A stretch of 32,000 nucleotides of DNA from Hyperthermus butylicus DSM 5456 (GCF_000015145.1 NC_008818.1:600001-632000); one strand, 5' to 3'. Shown: positions 9,785 to 19,929, numbered from the stretch's first letter. A program made the numbers and translations. The notes: a model not told the origin generated them from the sequence alone.

Positions 9785-11335
9785 GTGTTAATAACCTCCG
9801 TACTAGTTACGGCTTGCCGGCAGAGCGTGGCTAAACCTGTAAAAATAGGGCTGAGTAGAACCTGGTATTGTCCGGAGCCCGCGTGGGTGTATAGTGAAAT
9901 GAATTGTTGCGATAAAGCCTCGGACCCCAACTCTTTTGTATGGGGTGTCCGTGCACTCGACAAGATGCTTGTTGGTAGTCTTAGGCCGGGCACTACAGTC
10001 CTTATAGCGGGGAATCCCGGTGCGGGCAAAACTATTCTAGCGGCATCAATATGTTACGTTAACGCGTTCCGCGGAGTTCCATGTCTCTACGTCTCGCTGC
10101 AGGAGTCTAGGGAGAAGTTTCTATGGTACATGGCTAGGCTCGGTATGAACTTTTCCGAGTTGGAGGAGAAGGGGCTCTTTGAATACCGTGATGTACCCCT
10201 TATTGTTGACCGTGCTGCTGTTGGACACGTGCTCGAGGACATAATTAGTGCTGTAACAAGCCATGGCCATAGGGTGATAGTAATTGATAGTTTTACCCCC
10301 ATTGGCCTACTGGTTGGCGGTACCGTCGAGGCTCGGGAGGTGCTACAGAACTTCTTCTACAACCTCGCTAGGCTAACCAAGGGCCTAGTAGTTATCGTTG
10401 CAGAGGTGCCCTACGGCTCCGAGAAAATAGAGCTTGGCGGGATAGAGTTTGTAGCAGATATAGTCATCATGCTCAAGCAGAAGGTGGAAAACGGTTTCAT
10501 AACAAGGCTCATGGAGGTGAGGAAGATCCGCGGGGCGCCAATAACAACAGCAGAGATACCATTCACCATAGTGGAGGGCAAGGGGCTAGTTGCATGCCCC
10601 CCGCCAATGATTGAGGATATACCCGCGCCGAGGAGGGAGGTGAAGCTCCAGCTACCCTGCACAGCTCTCGAGGAGGCTATAGGCCCCCTATACCCAGGCC
10701 ACCACGTAACAGTGTTCTACCCCCCAGATGGCAGGGCTCGGTACCTCCTAGTACCACTACTTGCTGGCTTCATACTCTCCAACAAGCTGAGAACACTGAT
10801 TATAAGCTATGAGAGGAGCCCCGAGGAGATCATGGATGGTCTCGTCGAGCAGCTTGGCGAGCTAGCTGGAGATGCTAAGGAGAGGCTAGAGGAGCTTGTC
10901 CGCGTAACCTCCTTCAACCCGGCCTCGATGTCCCTAGAGGAGCTCTATGCTAGGGAGCTACAAGAAATAGAGGAGTACCAGCCCTTGCTACTCGTCTTTG
11001 ACCGCTCCGACATACCATACCTGGTACACGGTACTAGGGACGAGCACCGCTACTACATGTACCTGCGCAACGAGCTGCTAATGTTTCGCTCCAAGGGAAT
11101 GACGACGATAAGGGTGCTAGCACTTATCGACGAGAAGATGTACCGGCTAAACACGAGCATGGCCGACATAGTGTTAAGGCTCACCTACCGCAGGAGCGGA
11201 GAGCAGCACCGCCCGAGGCTCTATGTGTGGCGTAATGGCCGCAACCCCAAGGTGTTGGGGCCAGCAGCCCTCGAGCACTGTAGGAGCGAGGTACAATCAG
11301 TGATAGGGGGTCTACTTGGCTCTAGAGTAGGCTAG
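9785..11335 (+). CDS. KaiC/RecA-superfamily ATPase (true start may be ATG 9899)
   Basis: Walker A IAGNPGAGKTILAASICYVNAFRGVPCLYVSLQES, Walker B-like GHRVIVIDSFTPIG; ends in a long divergent C-terminal half. Confidence 0.78.
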   Translation: MLITSVLVTACRQSVAKPVKIGLSRTWYCPEPAWVYSEMNCCDKASDPNSFVWGVRALDKMLVGSLRPGTTVLIAGNPGAGKTILAASICYVNAFRGVPCLYVSLQESREKFLWYMARLGMNFSELEEKGLFEYRDVPLIVDRAAVGHVLEDIISAVTSHGHRVIVIDSFTPIGLLVGGTVEAREVLQNFFYNLARLTKGLVVIVAEVPYGSEKIELGGIEFVADIVIMLKQKVENGFITRLMEVRKIRGAPITTAEIPFTIVEGKGLVACPPPMIEDIPAPRREVKLQLPCTALEEAIGPLYPGHHVTVFYPPDGRARYLLVPLLAGFILSNKLRTLIISYERSPEEIMDGLVEQLGELAGDAKERLEELVRVTSFNPASMSLEELYARELQEIEEYQPLLLVFDRSDIPYLVHGTRDEHRYYMYLRNELLMFRSKGMTTIRVLALIDEKMYRLNTSMADIVLRLTYRRSGEQHRPRLYVWRNGRNPKVLGPAALEHCRSEVQSVIGGLLGSRVG

Positions 11336-11433
11336 AGGACTCTCCAGATCTCTCTAGAGCTCTACCTTGCATTTGTGGGAGCGTATTTATCCTCTAGCGG
11401 GGATTCTGCAGCTGCAGACACGGGCCGCCCGGG

Positions 11434-12522
11434 TTGAGGATGCTCGCAGTACTGCTACTCGCACTGGCTGCCAGTGCCGCGGCCGCCTCTGCGATACTCG
11501 AGCTAGGCCATGGCCACGTGGTTTTTGTGACCGGCGGCGGGGCCACATTTCCCTACCCCCAGTACTATATGTGGATGCTAAAGTTCATGGAGGAGCACCC
11601 CAGGGTGCGGATGACCTACGAGTACCTCGGCAGCGGTGCTGGACAGGCAAGGTTCTTCCAGGGTACACTCGACTTCGCGGGCTCCGACCCACCGCTCGGC
11701 CATGAGGTATGGGAGCAATACCGCGGCAAGGTAATGCAGGTACCCGTACTCCTCGGCGCGGTTGTGGTTACCTACAATCTGCCCGAGCTTGGAGATAAAA
11801 CCATAAACCTTACCGGCAGGGTTCTCGCCCTCATCTATCGTGGCGACATAGAATACTGGGATGACCCGAGGATCCAGGAGCTAAACCCTGGCGTCAAGCT
11901 TCCTCACAAGCCGATAATAGTGGTTTACCGTGCCGACGCGAGTGGTACCCAGGAGGTATTCACCCTTTTTCTCCACAAGGCGGCTCCGGACATCTGGCCC
12001 AGGGAGCTTGTGGGCAAGGCGCCGGAGTATCCTGTAGCGGCGACTGGTAGGGCTCTCGGCGGCCTGGGCAATGCTGGTGTGGCTGACATTGTTGTACAGA
12101 GGCCCTACACTATAGGCTTCATAGAGTGGAGCTTTGCGATAGAGAACAATATGCCGGTAGCAGCAATAATGAATAGGGAGGGGCGCTTCGTGAAACCGAG
12201 CATTGAGAGTCTCCAAGCCGTTGCCCGGGCAGCTGCGGAGAAGCTCCCCCGGGACCCCCGGGGCGATTTTAGCGGCGACCTAGACTACGTCGTGTACGCT
12301 GAGGGCGAGGACGCTTACCCTATCACGGCCTGGACACACCTCATACTCTGGACGAGCTACAGCGACCCCGAGAAGGCCCGTGCGGTAGCAGAGTTCCTCC
12401 GCTGGATAGCATTGAAGGGCGACGAGTACATGGTTCCCGGCTATGCTCCTCCCCCGGAGCCCCTCAAGCAACTCCTCCTACGTGCGGCTGAGATCCTCGA
12501 GGAGAGTGCTGCGGCGGGGTGA
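11434..12522 (+). CDS. pstS: Phosphate ABC transporter substrate-binding protein
   Basis: Signal-like N-terminus, then GGGATFPYPQYYMWMLKFMEEHP...YLGSGAGQARFFQGTLDFAGSDPPL...NLPELGDKTINLTGRVLALIYRGDIEYWDDPRIQELNPG. Heads the pst cluster. Confidence 0.93.
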   Translation: MRMLAVLLLALAASAAAASAILELGHGHVVFVTGGGATFPYPQYYMWMLKFMEEHPRVRMTYEYLGSGAGQARFFQGTLDFAGSDPPLGHEVWEQYRGKVMQVPVLLGAVVVTYNLPELGDKTINLTGRVLALIYRGDIEYWDDPRIQELNPGVKLPHKPIIVVYRADASGTQEVFTLFLHKAAPDIWPRELVGKAPEYPVAATGRALGGLGNAGVADIVVQRPYTIGFIEWSFAIENNMPVAAIMNREGRFVKPSIESLQAVARAAAEKLPRDPRGDFSGDLDYVVYAEGEDAYPITAWTHLILWTSYSDPEKARAVAEFLRWIALKGDEYMVPGYAPPPEPLKQLLLRAAEILEESAAAG

Positions 12523-12531
12523 GAGAGGGGG

Positions 12532-13500
12532 ATGGGTCTCCCCGCTAGGTTGGCGTCGAGGATCCTGGGTGTGGATGTCTCCCGGATGCCACGGCACGAC
12601 AAGCTCTTTCTCCTCTCCCTCCTACCCCTCGGCGTGCTCATACTCGCCCTCTACGTGTACATAGCCTACGTGTTCGCCGACTATTCAGCCCCGGTGATCG
12701 AGAGGGAGGGGGTAGACTTCATCTTTGGCAGTGAGTGGAGCCCATCGAGGACCACCTACCAGATCTTACCAGTGCTCCTCGGCTCAATGGTGACGGCTAG
12801 TATAGCCCTGCTACTAGCTCTGCCTCCCACGCTGGCGGCGGTAGTATTCATAAACGAGTACTTGTCCCCGAGGCTCCGCGAGCCGGTGGCAAGTCTCATC
12901 GACGTTATGGCGGGGGTTCCCTCGGTAATTTACGGGCTCTGGGGCGCCAAGGTCCTCGTACCACTACTGCAGCGCTACGTCATGGAGCCACTCCATGAAA
13001 AGCTGGGCTTCATCCCGCTGTTCTCCTGCCAGCCACTCACGGGTAGGAGCATACTCGCGGCGGGCGTGGTGCTCGCCATAATGGTTACACCCTACATGTT
13101 CGCGCTGGTGAACGAGGCCTACCGCAGCATCCCGACGGCATATCGCGAGGCCATACTCGGCATTGGGGGCCGCCGCTACCATGTAGCCCGGATACTCATC
13201 TCAATGCTCCGGGGCGCCGTGGCTGGTGCAGCCCTGCTGGGTTTTGGCCGGGCGGTAGGGGAGACCATTGCGGTAACCCTCGTGGTGGGCAATGTGATAG
13301 AGATGCCCACCTGTCTCTTCGCTCCAGGCCAGACAATAACCTCACTCATAGCAACACTCTTCCCCGAAGCCCAGGCCAAGCCACTAATGCTCAACGCACT
13401 CTACGCTGCAGGCCTCACCCTCCTAGCTCTAGGCCTCGCCCTAAACTTCGCGGGACTAGCCCTCATGTACAGGTGGAGGAGGCTGATGGAGCGTGTCTAG
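12532..13500 (+). CDS. pstC: Phosphate ABC transporter permease PstC
   Basis: FIFGSEWSPSRTTYQILPVLLGSMVTASIALLLALP...VASLIDVMAGVPSVIYGLWG...GFGRAVGETIAVTLVVGN. Confidence 0.92.
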   Translation: MGLPARLASRILGVDVSRMPRHDKLFLLSLLPLGVLILALYVYIAYVFADYSAPVIEREGVDFIFGSEWSPSRTTYQILPVLLGSMVTASIALLLALPPTLAAVVFINEYLSPRLREPVASLIDVMAGVPSVIYGLWGAKVLVPLLQRYVMEPLHEKLGFIPLFSCQPLTGRSILAAGVVLAIMVTPYMFALVNEAYRSIPTAYREAILGIGGRRYHVARILISMLRGAVAGAALLGFGRAVGETIAVTLVVGNVIEMPTCLFAPGQTITSLIATLFPEAQAKPLMLNALYAAGLTLLALGLALNFAGLALMYRWRRLMERV

Positions 13501-14334
13501 GCAGGCACTACTAGACAAGCTCGTAGCAGTGGTCACTGGTGCGGCAACAGTAGCCATCATAGCCCCGCTAGTCTCGATAATCTACGAGGTAGCATCGAGA
13601 GGCATAAGCGTCATAGCCCACGTCGGCCTCATAGACTTCCTCACCCAGCCACCACCCCCGCCCGGAGCTGGGCTCGGCGGTATAGGGCCAGCATTCACTG
13701 GCTCCCTGCTCCTAACCCTCCTATCCTCAGCCATCAGCATACCGGTAGCGCTAGGCCTGGCGCTGCTAGCAGTAGAATACCCCCATACGTGGATAGCCAG
13801 GGCTGTAAGGGGCCTGGTAAAGGCACTACTCGAGATACCCACGATAGTTATAAGCATGATAGTTTATTCGCTCCTCGTAATACCCATGGGCGGGCCCTCG
13901 ATACTAGCGGGTGCGGTAGCCCTCGCGATAGTAATGCTGCCCTATACGACATCCTACGTTGAGACCTACCTCGAAAACGTGCCCTGGATCTACCGTGAGG
14001 CAGGCTATGCTATAGGCATGAAGAAGGCCCAGGTGGCAGTAAGGATAGCCATGGGGATAGCACGTAGAGGCGTGGCGGTCGGGATAGTCATGGGGTCTCC
14101 AGAGCATTCGGCGAGACAGCACCGCTACTCTTCACCCTTGGTGCTGTAAGGCTCTTCCAGCCCTACAGCATAACCGGCCCTGGAGATGCAATCCCCCTCC
14201 TCATATACCACTTCGCCCTCACACCCTACAAGAACCTCGTAGACGTGGCATGGGGTGCTGCACTCATACTCCTGGCGGGCTATCTCCTCCTCTATCTCGC
14301 CGTAAAGCTGGCGGTTAAGGGTGTAAGGCTATGA
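13493..14334 (+). CDS. pstA: Phosphate ABC transporter permease PstA, disrupted by an apparent one-base frameshift near 14092-14095
   Basis: ORF 13493..14149 gives ...RGLVKALLEIPTIVISMIVYSLLV... then loses similarity. A +1-shifted frame from about 14096 reads VSRAFGETAPLLFTLGAVRLFQPYSITGPGDAIPLLIYHFALTPYKNLVDVAWGAALILLAGYLLLYLAVKLAVKGVRL*, ending at 14334 and overlapping the pstB start by 4 nt. Confidence 0.88.
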
Positions 14335-15098
14335 CGCGCCAGCCAGCCGTAAGCATTAGGGGGTTAAACGTCTGGATACGTGGGAAGCATGTACTCAAGA
14401 ACATAGACCTAGACATACCTGAGGCAGCGGTAACAGTAATACTCGGCCCCAGCGGTAGCGGCAAATCCACCCTACTCAGAACCATTAACAGGCTCATAGA
14501 CTTCGTGCCAGGCGCGAAGGTTGAGGGCAAGGTCCTAGTGTTTGGCGTTGATGCATTAAAGGCTGATCCCTACGAGCTCCGGAGCAGGATCGGAATGGTG
14601 TTCCAGACGCCCAACCCATTCCCGCACATGAGCATATACGAGAACGTAGCGGTAGCAGCCAAGATAAACCGTGTGGCAAAAACAAGGGAGGAGCTAGACC
14701 AGATAGTGAAATGGGCTCTGGAGGCAGCGAGGCTCTGGGACGAGGTAAAGGACAGGCTCCACGATCCACCAACAGCGCTTAGTGGCGGCCAGCAGCAGCG
14801 CCTATGCCTAGCCAGAGCCCTAGCCATGAGGCCCAAGCTGCTACTCCTCGACGAGCCCACTGCAAACATAGACGCCCACAACACCGTGATGATAGAGAAC
14901 GCGCTCCGAAGCCTAGTAGAGGAGCTAGGCTTAACAATCATACTCGTAACACACATGCCGCACCAAGCGCTAAGAGTAGCAGACTACATCGCGGTAATCT
15001 ACAACGGCCAACTAGTAGAATACGGCCCAGCAGACGAAATAGCAGTAAACCCAAAGCACGAGTTCACAGTAAAGCTCTTCAAAGGCGAAGTAGGCTAA
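14331..15098 (+). CDS. pstB: Phosphate ABC transporter ATP-binding protein
   Basis: LGPSGSGKSTLLRTINRL, LSGGQQQRLCLARALAMRPKLLLLDEPTANID, TIILVTHMPHQALRVADY. Confidence 0.95.
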   Translation: MTRQPAVSIRGLNVWIRGKHVLKNIDLDIPEAAVTVILGPSGSGKSTLLRTINRLIDFVPGAKVEGKVLVFGVDALKADPYELRSRIGMVFQTPNPFPHMSIYENVAVAAKINRVAKTREELDQIVKWALEAARLWDEVKDRLHDPPTALSGGQQQRLCLARALAMRPKLLLLDEPTANIDAHNTVMIENALRSLVEELGLTIILVTHMPHQALRVADYIAVIYNGQLVEYGPADEIAVNPKHEFTVKLFKGEVG

Positions 15099-15540
15099 GC
15101 CACACCCGTAAAGTAGCCGTTGCTGTAATAGGCATCCTCGCCGAGAAGTGAACGAGTTTAGCCTAGCCCCCGAGCCCTCCCGACAGGCTACCCAACACCC
15201 CAGACTCATTATACCCCATGGCCGTGGAGTACACGATGGGCAGCACTCTATCGCGCCCAGCGACACCAGGCTAGCCTACATGTTTCGAGGCGTACACAAT
15301 CAAGTGCTCTATAAGCACTCCTTCCCGTAGTCCTAGACTAGATTAGTTCCCACGCTGCCAGGCTCCTACAAGTATACCCTCTACCTGATCCATACTAGCA
15401 TACTAGCAATATGGCGTTCAACGCAGCCAATGCACCACCCGGCTTAGCAGCTAGGGGGTGTCCGTGTAGACGGCTATAGCAATGGTGTCTCTCGTATCGG
15501 GCCGGGCAGGTGCTTACACAGCCAGGCTGCCTTGGTGATG

Positions 15541-15558
15541 AAAAAACACCAGTGTTTT
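15541..15558 (-). terminator. Possible hairpin plus T-run terminator downstream of the MMPL gene
   Basis: On the minus strand: AAAACAC-TG-GTGTTTT followed by further Ts, about 66 nt after the stop of the MMPL gene. Confidence 0.35.
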
Positions 15559-15623
15559 GTATGGTAAAAAGATGGGTTGGGATCGTCTCCGGTTCATCCC
15601 CCGTCTCTATTGCTCAAGGCTTT

Positions 15624-18600
15624 CTAGTGGCTGATGCGTCTGCGCAGCCCCCATGGCCACCATGCATGGCGGCCGAGCATCGATATTACTAGTGGTGTTA
15701 GGAGGTAAGCTGCCATTAGACCTGCTAGTAGCACTGTTACTGCTAGCGTGAAGCCCATCTCCCTCATGCCGATGTTGCTTGCTGATAGTAGTGCTAGGTA
15801 GGCGCTTGTCACAACGAATGCTAGGCCTACTATGAATGTGCTAACGGCTCCAGCGGCTCTCGCTACGGCCTTCTTTGCGTCGCCACCGCCCCGGTGGTAT
15901 TCCTCTAGGGCGCGTGCAAGGTAGAAGCTATTGTAGTCCATACCCACGCCCAGCACGGCTGCCATAGAGACTATGTGGAGGAACCATAGCACCGGTTTGC
16001 CCAGCAGGTCCTGGAAAAGTATTACGCTCGCAGCGATACCCATCATTGCTGAGCCTATGATTACTAGGAGCGCTGCTATGCTAGCCACCAGGCTGCCGAA
16101 GATGCCGGTGAACACGGCTATCATTAGGAGGCTCGCGGCTGGGAGTATGCGGCGATAGTAGACACGGTGCAGTATATCGTCCATCTCGAGTACAGCGTAG
16201 GGTGCACCGCCCACGTAGACCTTGAAGCCGTGCTGCTCAGCGTAGCTGTGTGCTATCTCGTGCACCTTCTCTATCGCCTTTTCGCCCTCGCTACTGTAGG
16301 GATCCACGCTGAGCATAACCTGTACCACAGCTATTCTGCCGTCGCTGCTCACCAGCCCGCCCATCATGCCTGCAGTCTGGCCGAATACTGCAGCGCTGCT
16401 GGCGAGCTGCGTGGGCGATATAACCTTCGCTACGCCGGGCACCTCTGCCAGCTTGGCTGCAAGCTCGTCCAGCATCTTCGCAGTAGTGTTGCTCTCCCAG
16501 ATGCTCTCCGGGAGTACTGCTACCACGTACACCGGGTCAGTGATGCCTGGCGTGAACTCCTCGCGGAGCACGTCGAATGCTTGTAGGGCTGGCGCGCCGT
16601 CGGGGAGCAGGAGCTTCATGTCGTGGCTCCCCTTGAATGTGACGTAGAAGTATGCCGAGCCTATCATCGCGGCGAGGATTACAGCCAGCACTATGGGCTC
16701 GTAGCGTATCAGCGTCCTCATCAGCCTACTCTCGCGGCCCAGCCTCTCAATGCTCGGCCTCCGCGGCCACCAGAACCAGCTCCTACCACCGAACAGCGAC
16801 AGCAGTGCTGGCACTAGTGTCAGGCTCGCGGCGGCTGTGGCGGCTACTGTTATCGGTATAGTCTCGCCTATGTTGCTAAGGAACCCTATCTCCCAGCCTA
16901 GCATGAGGCTGCCAAATCCTATGATCACTGTGAGAGCGCTAGCAACGACAGCTGGTCCAGCCCTCTCGAGGGCGCGTCTCGCGGCTTCCCGTGGGTCCTG
17001 GAGCCTAGCGTATTCCTCGCGGAACCTGTGCACAATGTATCCTGCATAGTCTGCGCCTAGGCCGAGCGCGGTAGCTATCATCAGCGACTGTGTTGTCGAG
17101 GAGACCTCTATCCAGCCCATGCTAGCTGCGATGTATACCAGGGCTCCGCCCACGGCTAGCCCGAGGAAGATGCCAATGTATGGCAGTATGACGGCGAAGA
17201 GACTCTCAAGGATTACCAGTAGCACTATGAATGTGCCAAGCTCGCTAAACTTGCTAGTCTTCTCTGCATCCCTGCCAGCATACTCCTTAACCTGCTTCAG
17301 TAGGAGATCGTTACCGCTAACATAGGCCCTCTCATAGCTTATGCCCAGCTCCTTTAACAACTCCTCCGCCGTCCTGCCAGCCTCTACGGTGTTGTCTGCC
17401 CGCTCCTCCCCAGTATCGCCGAGCGGGGTGCCCATCACGAGGAAGCCATTGTAGTCACTGGCTACGAGTAGTCCACGCGTCTCGTTGAGTAGTCTCGGGT
17501 AGACAGCCTCTAGGAGGAGTCGCTCAGCGAGCTGCCCAGCAGCAGTCTCAGCAGCCAGCTCGCCCCGTGCAACCTTCACGCCAAGCTCGATGGTAGCGTC
17601 TGCGAGCCAGTCCGGGACCTCAAACCCCTCGAAAGCAGCGCCAGCCATCTTCCCCGCAGCAGCCTCCCTCACGAGCTTCTCCACTATGCTCCACTTCCTC
17701 TCCTCGGGTATCCCGGGGCCCTCCACGGCGACGATATCGGCTAGCTTCTCGAGCAGCGGCTTAGCCTCCTCCGGCGCGTTCTCGACCGCCTCCTCCTTCA
17801 GTATCTCGGCCATGGTGCGGCGTAGGGCTTCCCGGCTCTCCAGCATCTCCCGCAGCTCACCAACGGTGAAGGGGAGGCTGAGGCCCTGCTGCTCGGCCAT
17901 CCACGCTACGGCTTCGAGGGCGAGCGTAGTGTTCGAGGCTATCCTCCCGGAGGCGTCGGGGTCGAAGCGCTCTAGCGCAGCGGCGATCAGCTTTGCCCGC
18001 TCCTCGCCGGCCTCAGCGGCGACAGCGTTCTCCACGATGCTGAGGGCTATCTTGCGCAGCTGTCCGGGCTCCGCTGCCCCCTCTGCTACGAGGAGCGAGA
18101 GCTGGGTGACAACATACCTGGGCAGGATCGCCTGGCCCATCTCTGTCATCTGCTCGTAGACTATGTCGCCGGCTGCCATGGCTGCGAGGGTTTTGTTGGC
18201 TGCCAGTAGCCCCTCAGCCTCCGGGTCATACCTCGGCAGTACCTGCAGCAGCTGCTTGGCTTCAGCCGGGACTTCCCCGGCTAAGAGCTGGACTGCCTCG
18301 CGCGCAGCAACTCTACGATCCATGGCGCCCTCCTGGAGTATCCTCTTGGCGGCCTCGACGGCGTCGCCTGGCACCCCGAAGGCCTCCAGGAGCTTTGCAG
18401 CAGCCTCAACAGCCTTGTCAGGGCTGGAGGCTAGGGCGAGGCTCGCCGCTGGGTCAGCCTCGACCAGTACCCGTGCGAGGAGCTCCGTGGCGTTGGCCGG
18501 TAAGCCCATCTCCTCGGCGGCCCGCCCCGCTACCACCAGGGCAGCGTCGAGGGGCTCCAGGGCTCCCTGCGCAGCCTTCGCCGCCAATTGCTCAGCGATA

Positions 18601-19877
18601 CTCTCCGGCAGGCCTTCCACCTCTAGCTGCTTGGCCAGCAGCTCGGCGACAATGGCTGTCCTGTTGGCGGCTATGCTCTCCGCGGCCTGGCGGGCAGCTT
18701 CCCGCGCAGCATTGAGCACCTGTAGCTGGCTCTCAACATGCTCTGGCGGCAGCTTGTAGAGGTCTGTCAACGAGCTAACATTCATGGAGGCCTTAACGCC
18801 CTGCAAAGCTCCAAGCCAGGCATCAACAGCTACTGGCAGTACGTAGGTGGCAGTGGCTGGCAGCTCCCCAGCCAGCATGTTGGCTGCGACCCGTGACGCA
18901 GCGGTGTCCGGGTCTACGCCCTGCTCGACCAGCTGCTTCACAGCCTGCCACGCGGCTAGAGCCTCCTCCCGCGGCAGCGGCACCAGTGCCGGATCGATGC
19001 TGGTCAGGTTTGCCGCCTCGGCGTAGGCCTCGTAGCTACCATTGTAGGCTTCGAGATAGAAGTATGCCCTGCTAACCTCCAACAAGGTATAGGTAGCGCA
19101 TCCTCCACCTGGCCAACCAGGGGTCTCGTTGGAGAATAGCGCTGCTAGCTGCCCGGCAGCGAGGGTCAGGTTCCTGTAGAGCCCACTGTAGAACCGATCA
19201 GCCTCCACGAGGCCCAGGGCTGTCTTGTTAAGCTTCGCCGCCAGCTCCAGCAGTTGGCTAGTCGTATCAGCTAGTGCAGCGTCGAGCTGTACCAGGCCGT
19301 TAATGGTCTTGTTCAGCAGGGGTACGAGTTCCAGGAGGCCCTGGTAGGCCCGGGCGTAGCCCCGGTCGGCCTCCACGAGCCCTATGAGGCTCTGGTTGAG
19401 CAGCTCCACCTGCTTAGTCGCGTTCTCCAGCGCTGCAGCATAGGCCTTGTCGAGGCTGTCCAGAGCCTCGTAGAGCTGCAGCGTGCGGCTAGCAGTCTCG
19501 TTGACGGCGGACAACATGGCGGCGTAGAGGGTCTCGTTCAGCCCTGCGAGCATCATCGGGAGCCCAGTGACACCGGTCATGTAGCGGCCGCTGACAGTCT
19601 CGTTGAACGCCTTGCCCCACTCTACGAGCCGGAGAACAGTATCATTATCCAGCAGGTCCACGCCAGTAACAACAATGACACCCACACCATCACTGCTACC
19701 CAGCTTCTCGAGGAGCTTCGACGCGTTCATAGCCTCACTATTCTCCGGCAGCGTGTACTGCCGCTCCTCAACAATACTGCCAAGCTTAGCGAAGAGCGGG
19801 AGCGCGACAAGCGCCACTACCAGCCAGACAGCGATAACCACGATGGGCCTCCTAGCTATGAACCCGGCAACACCCAT
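15624..19877 (-). CDS. Very large MMPL/RND superfamily membrane protein (predicted exporter)
   Basis: ORF runs to 20063, but the plausible start is ATG 19877 (MGVAGFIARRPIVVIAVWLVVALVALPLFAKLG). MMPL motifs: SLMIATALGLGADYAGYIVHRFREEY...DPREAARRALERAGPAVVASALTVIIGFGSLM and AAVLGVGMDYNSFYLARALEEYHRGG. About 850 aa Ala/Leu-rich segment between TM1 and TM2. Confidence 0.85.
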   Translation of the reverse strand: MGVAGFIARRPIVVIAVWLVVALVALPLFAKLGSIVEERQYTLPENSEAMNASKLLEKLGSSDGVGVIVVTGVDLLDNDTVLRLVEWGKAFNETVSGRYMTGVTGLPMMLAGLNETLYAAMLSAVNETASRTLQLYEALDSLDKAYAAALENATKQVELLNQSLIGLVEADRGYARAYQGLLELVPLLNKTINGLVQLDAALADTTSQLLELAAKLNKTALGLVEADRFYSGLYRNLTLAAGQLAALFSNETPGWPGGGCATYTLLEVSRAYFYLEAYNGSYEAYAEAANLTSIDPALVPLPREEALAAWQAVKQLVEQGVDPDTAASRVAANMLAGELPATATYVLPVAVDAWLGALQGVKASMNVSSLTDLYKLPPEHVESQLQVLNAAREAARQAAESIAANRTAIVAELLAKQLEVEGLPESIAEQLAAKAAQGALEPLDAALVVAGRAAEEMGLPANATELLARVLVEADPAASLALASSPDKAVEAAAKLLEAFGVPGDAVEAAKRILQEGAMDRRVAAREAVQLLAGEVPAEAKQLLQVLPRYDPEAEGLLAANKTLAAMAAGDIVYEQMTEMGQAILPRYVVTQLSLLVAEGAAEPGQLRKIALSIVENAVAAEAGEERAKLIAAALERFDPDASGRIASNTTLALEAVAWMAEQQGLSLPFTVGELREMLESREALRRTMAEILKEEAVENAPEEAKPLLEKLADIVAVEGPGIPEERKWSIVEKLVREAAAGKMAGAAFEGFEVPDWLADATIELGVKVARGELAAETAAGQLAERLLLEAVYPRLLNETRGLLVASDYNGFLVMGTPLGDTGEERADNTVEAGRTAEELLKELGISYERAYVSGNDLLLKQVKEYAGRDAEKTSKFSELGTFIVLLVILESLFAVILPYIGIFLGLAVGGALVYIAASMGWIEVSSTTQSLMIATALGLGADYAGYIVHRFREEYARLQDPREAARRALERAGPAVVASALTVIIGFGSLMLGWEIGFLSNIGETIPITVAATAAASLTLVPALLSLFGGRSWFWWPRRPSIERLGRESRLMRTLIRYEPIVLAVILAAMIGSAYFYVTFKGSHDMKLLLPDGAPALQAFDVLREEFTPGITDPVYVVAVLPESIWESNTTAKMLDELAAKLAEVPGVAKVISPTQLASSAAVFGQTAGMMGGLVSSDGRIAVVQVMLSVDPYSSEGEKAIEKVHEIAHSYAEQHGFKVYVGGAPYAVLEMDDILHRVYYRRILPAASLLMIAVFTGIFGSLVASIAALLVIIGSAMMGIAASVILFQDLLGKPVLWFLHIVSMAAVLGVGMDYNSFYLARALEEYHRGGGDAKKAVARAAGAVSTFIVGLAFVVTSAYLALLSASNIGMREMGFTLAVTVLLAGLMAAYLLTPLVISMLGRHAWWPWGLRRRISH

Positions 19878-19903
19878 GCAACCCACCCGACCAGTCGGCA
19901 GCC

Positions 19904-19929
19904 GATATATCTGCGGTACATATAAATTG
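19904..19929 (-). promoter_or_regulatory. Candidate TATA elements upstream of the MMPL gene
   Basis: Minus-strand GATATATC centred ~30 nt before ATG 19877 (would give a near-leaderless mRNA), plus an alternative CAATTTATATGT at 19918-19929. Confidence 0.35.

Noticed and set aside
15148-15330. 60 aa plus-strand and 84 aa minus-strand ORFs between pstB and the MMPL gene
   Set aside because: No recognisable motifs or good start context; a search for a phoU-like gene here gave nothing.
15534-15600. GTGATGA followed by a short element, considered as a C/D box sRNA or tRNA T-arm (GGTTCATCCC)
   Set aside because: No matching CUGA D box at proper spacing and no acceptor or anticodon stem could be formed. 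The T-rich hairpin is better read as a terminator.
17119-18759. Long plus-strand ORFs (17590..18159, 18163..18759) antisense to the MMPL gene
   Set aside because: Ser/Ala/Arg-rich mirror frames of a GC-rich gene; no domain motifs.
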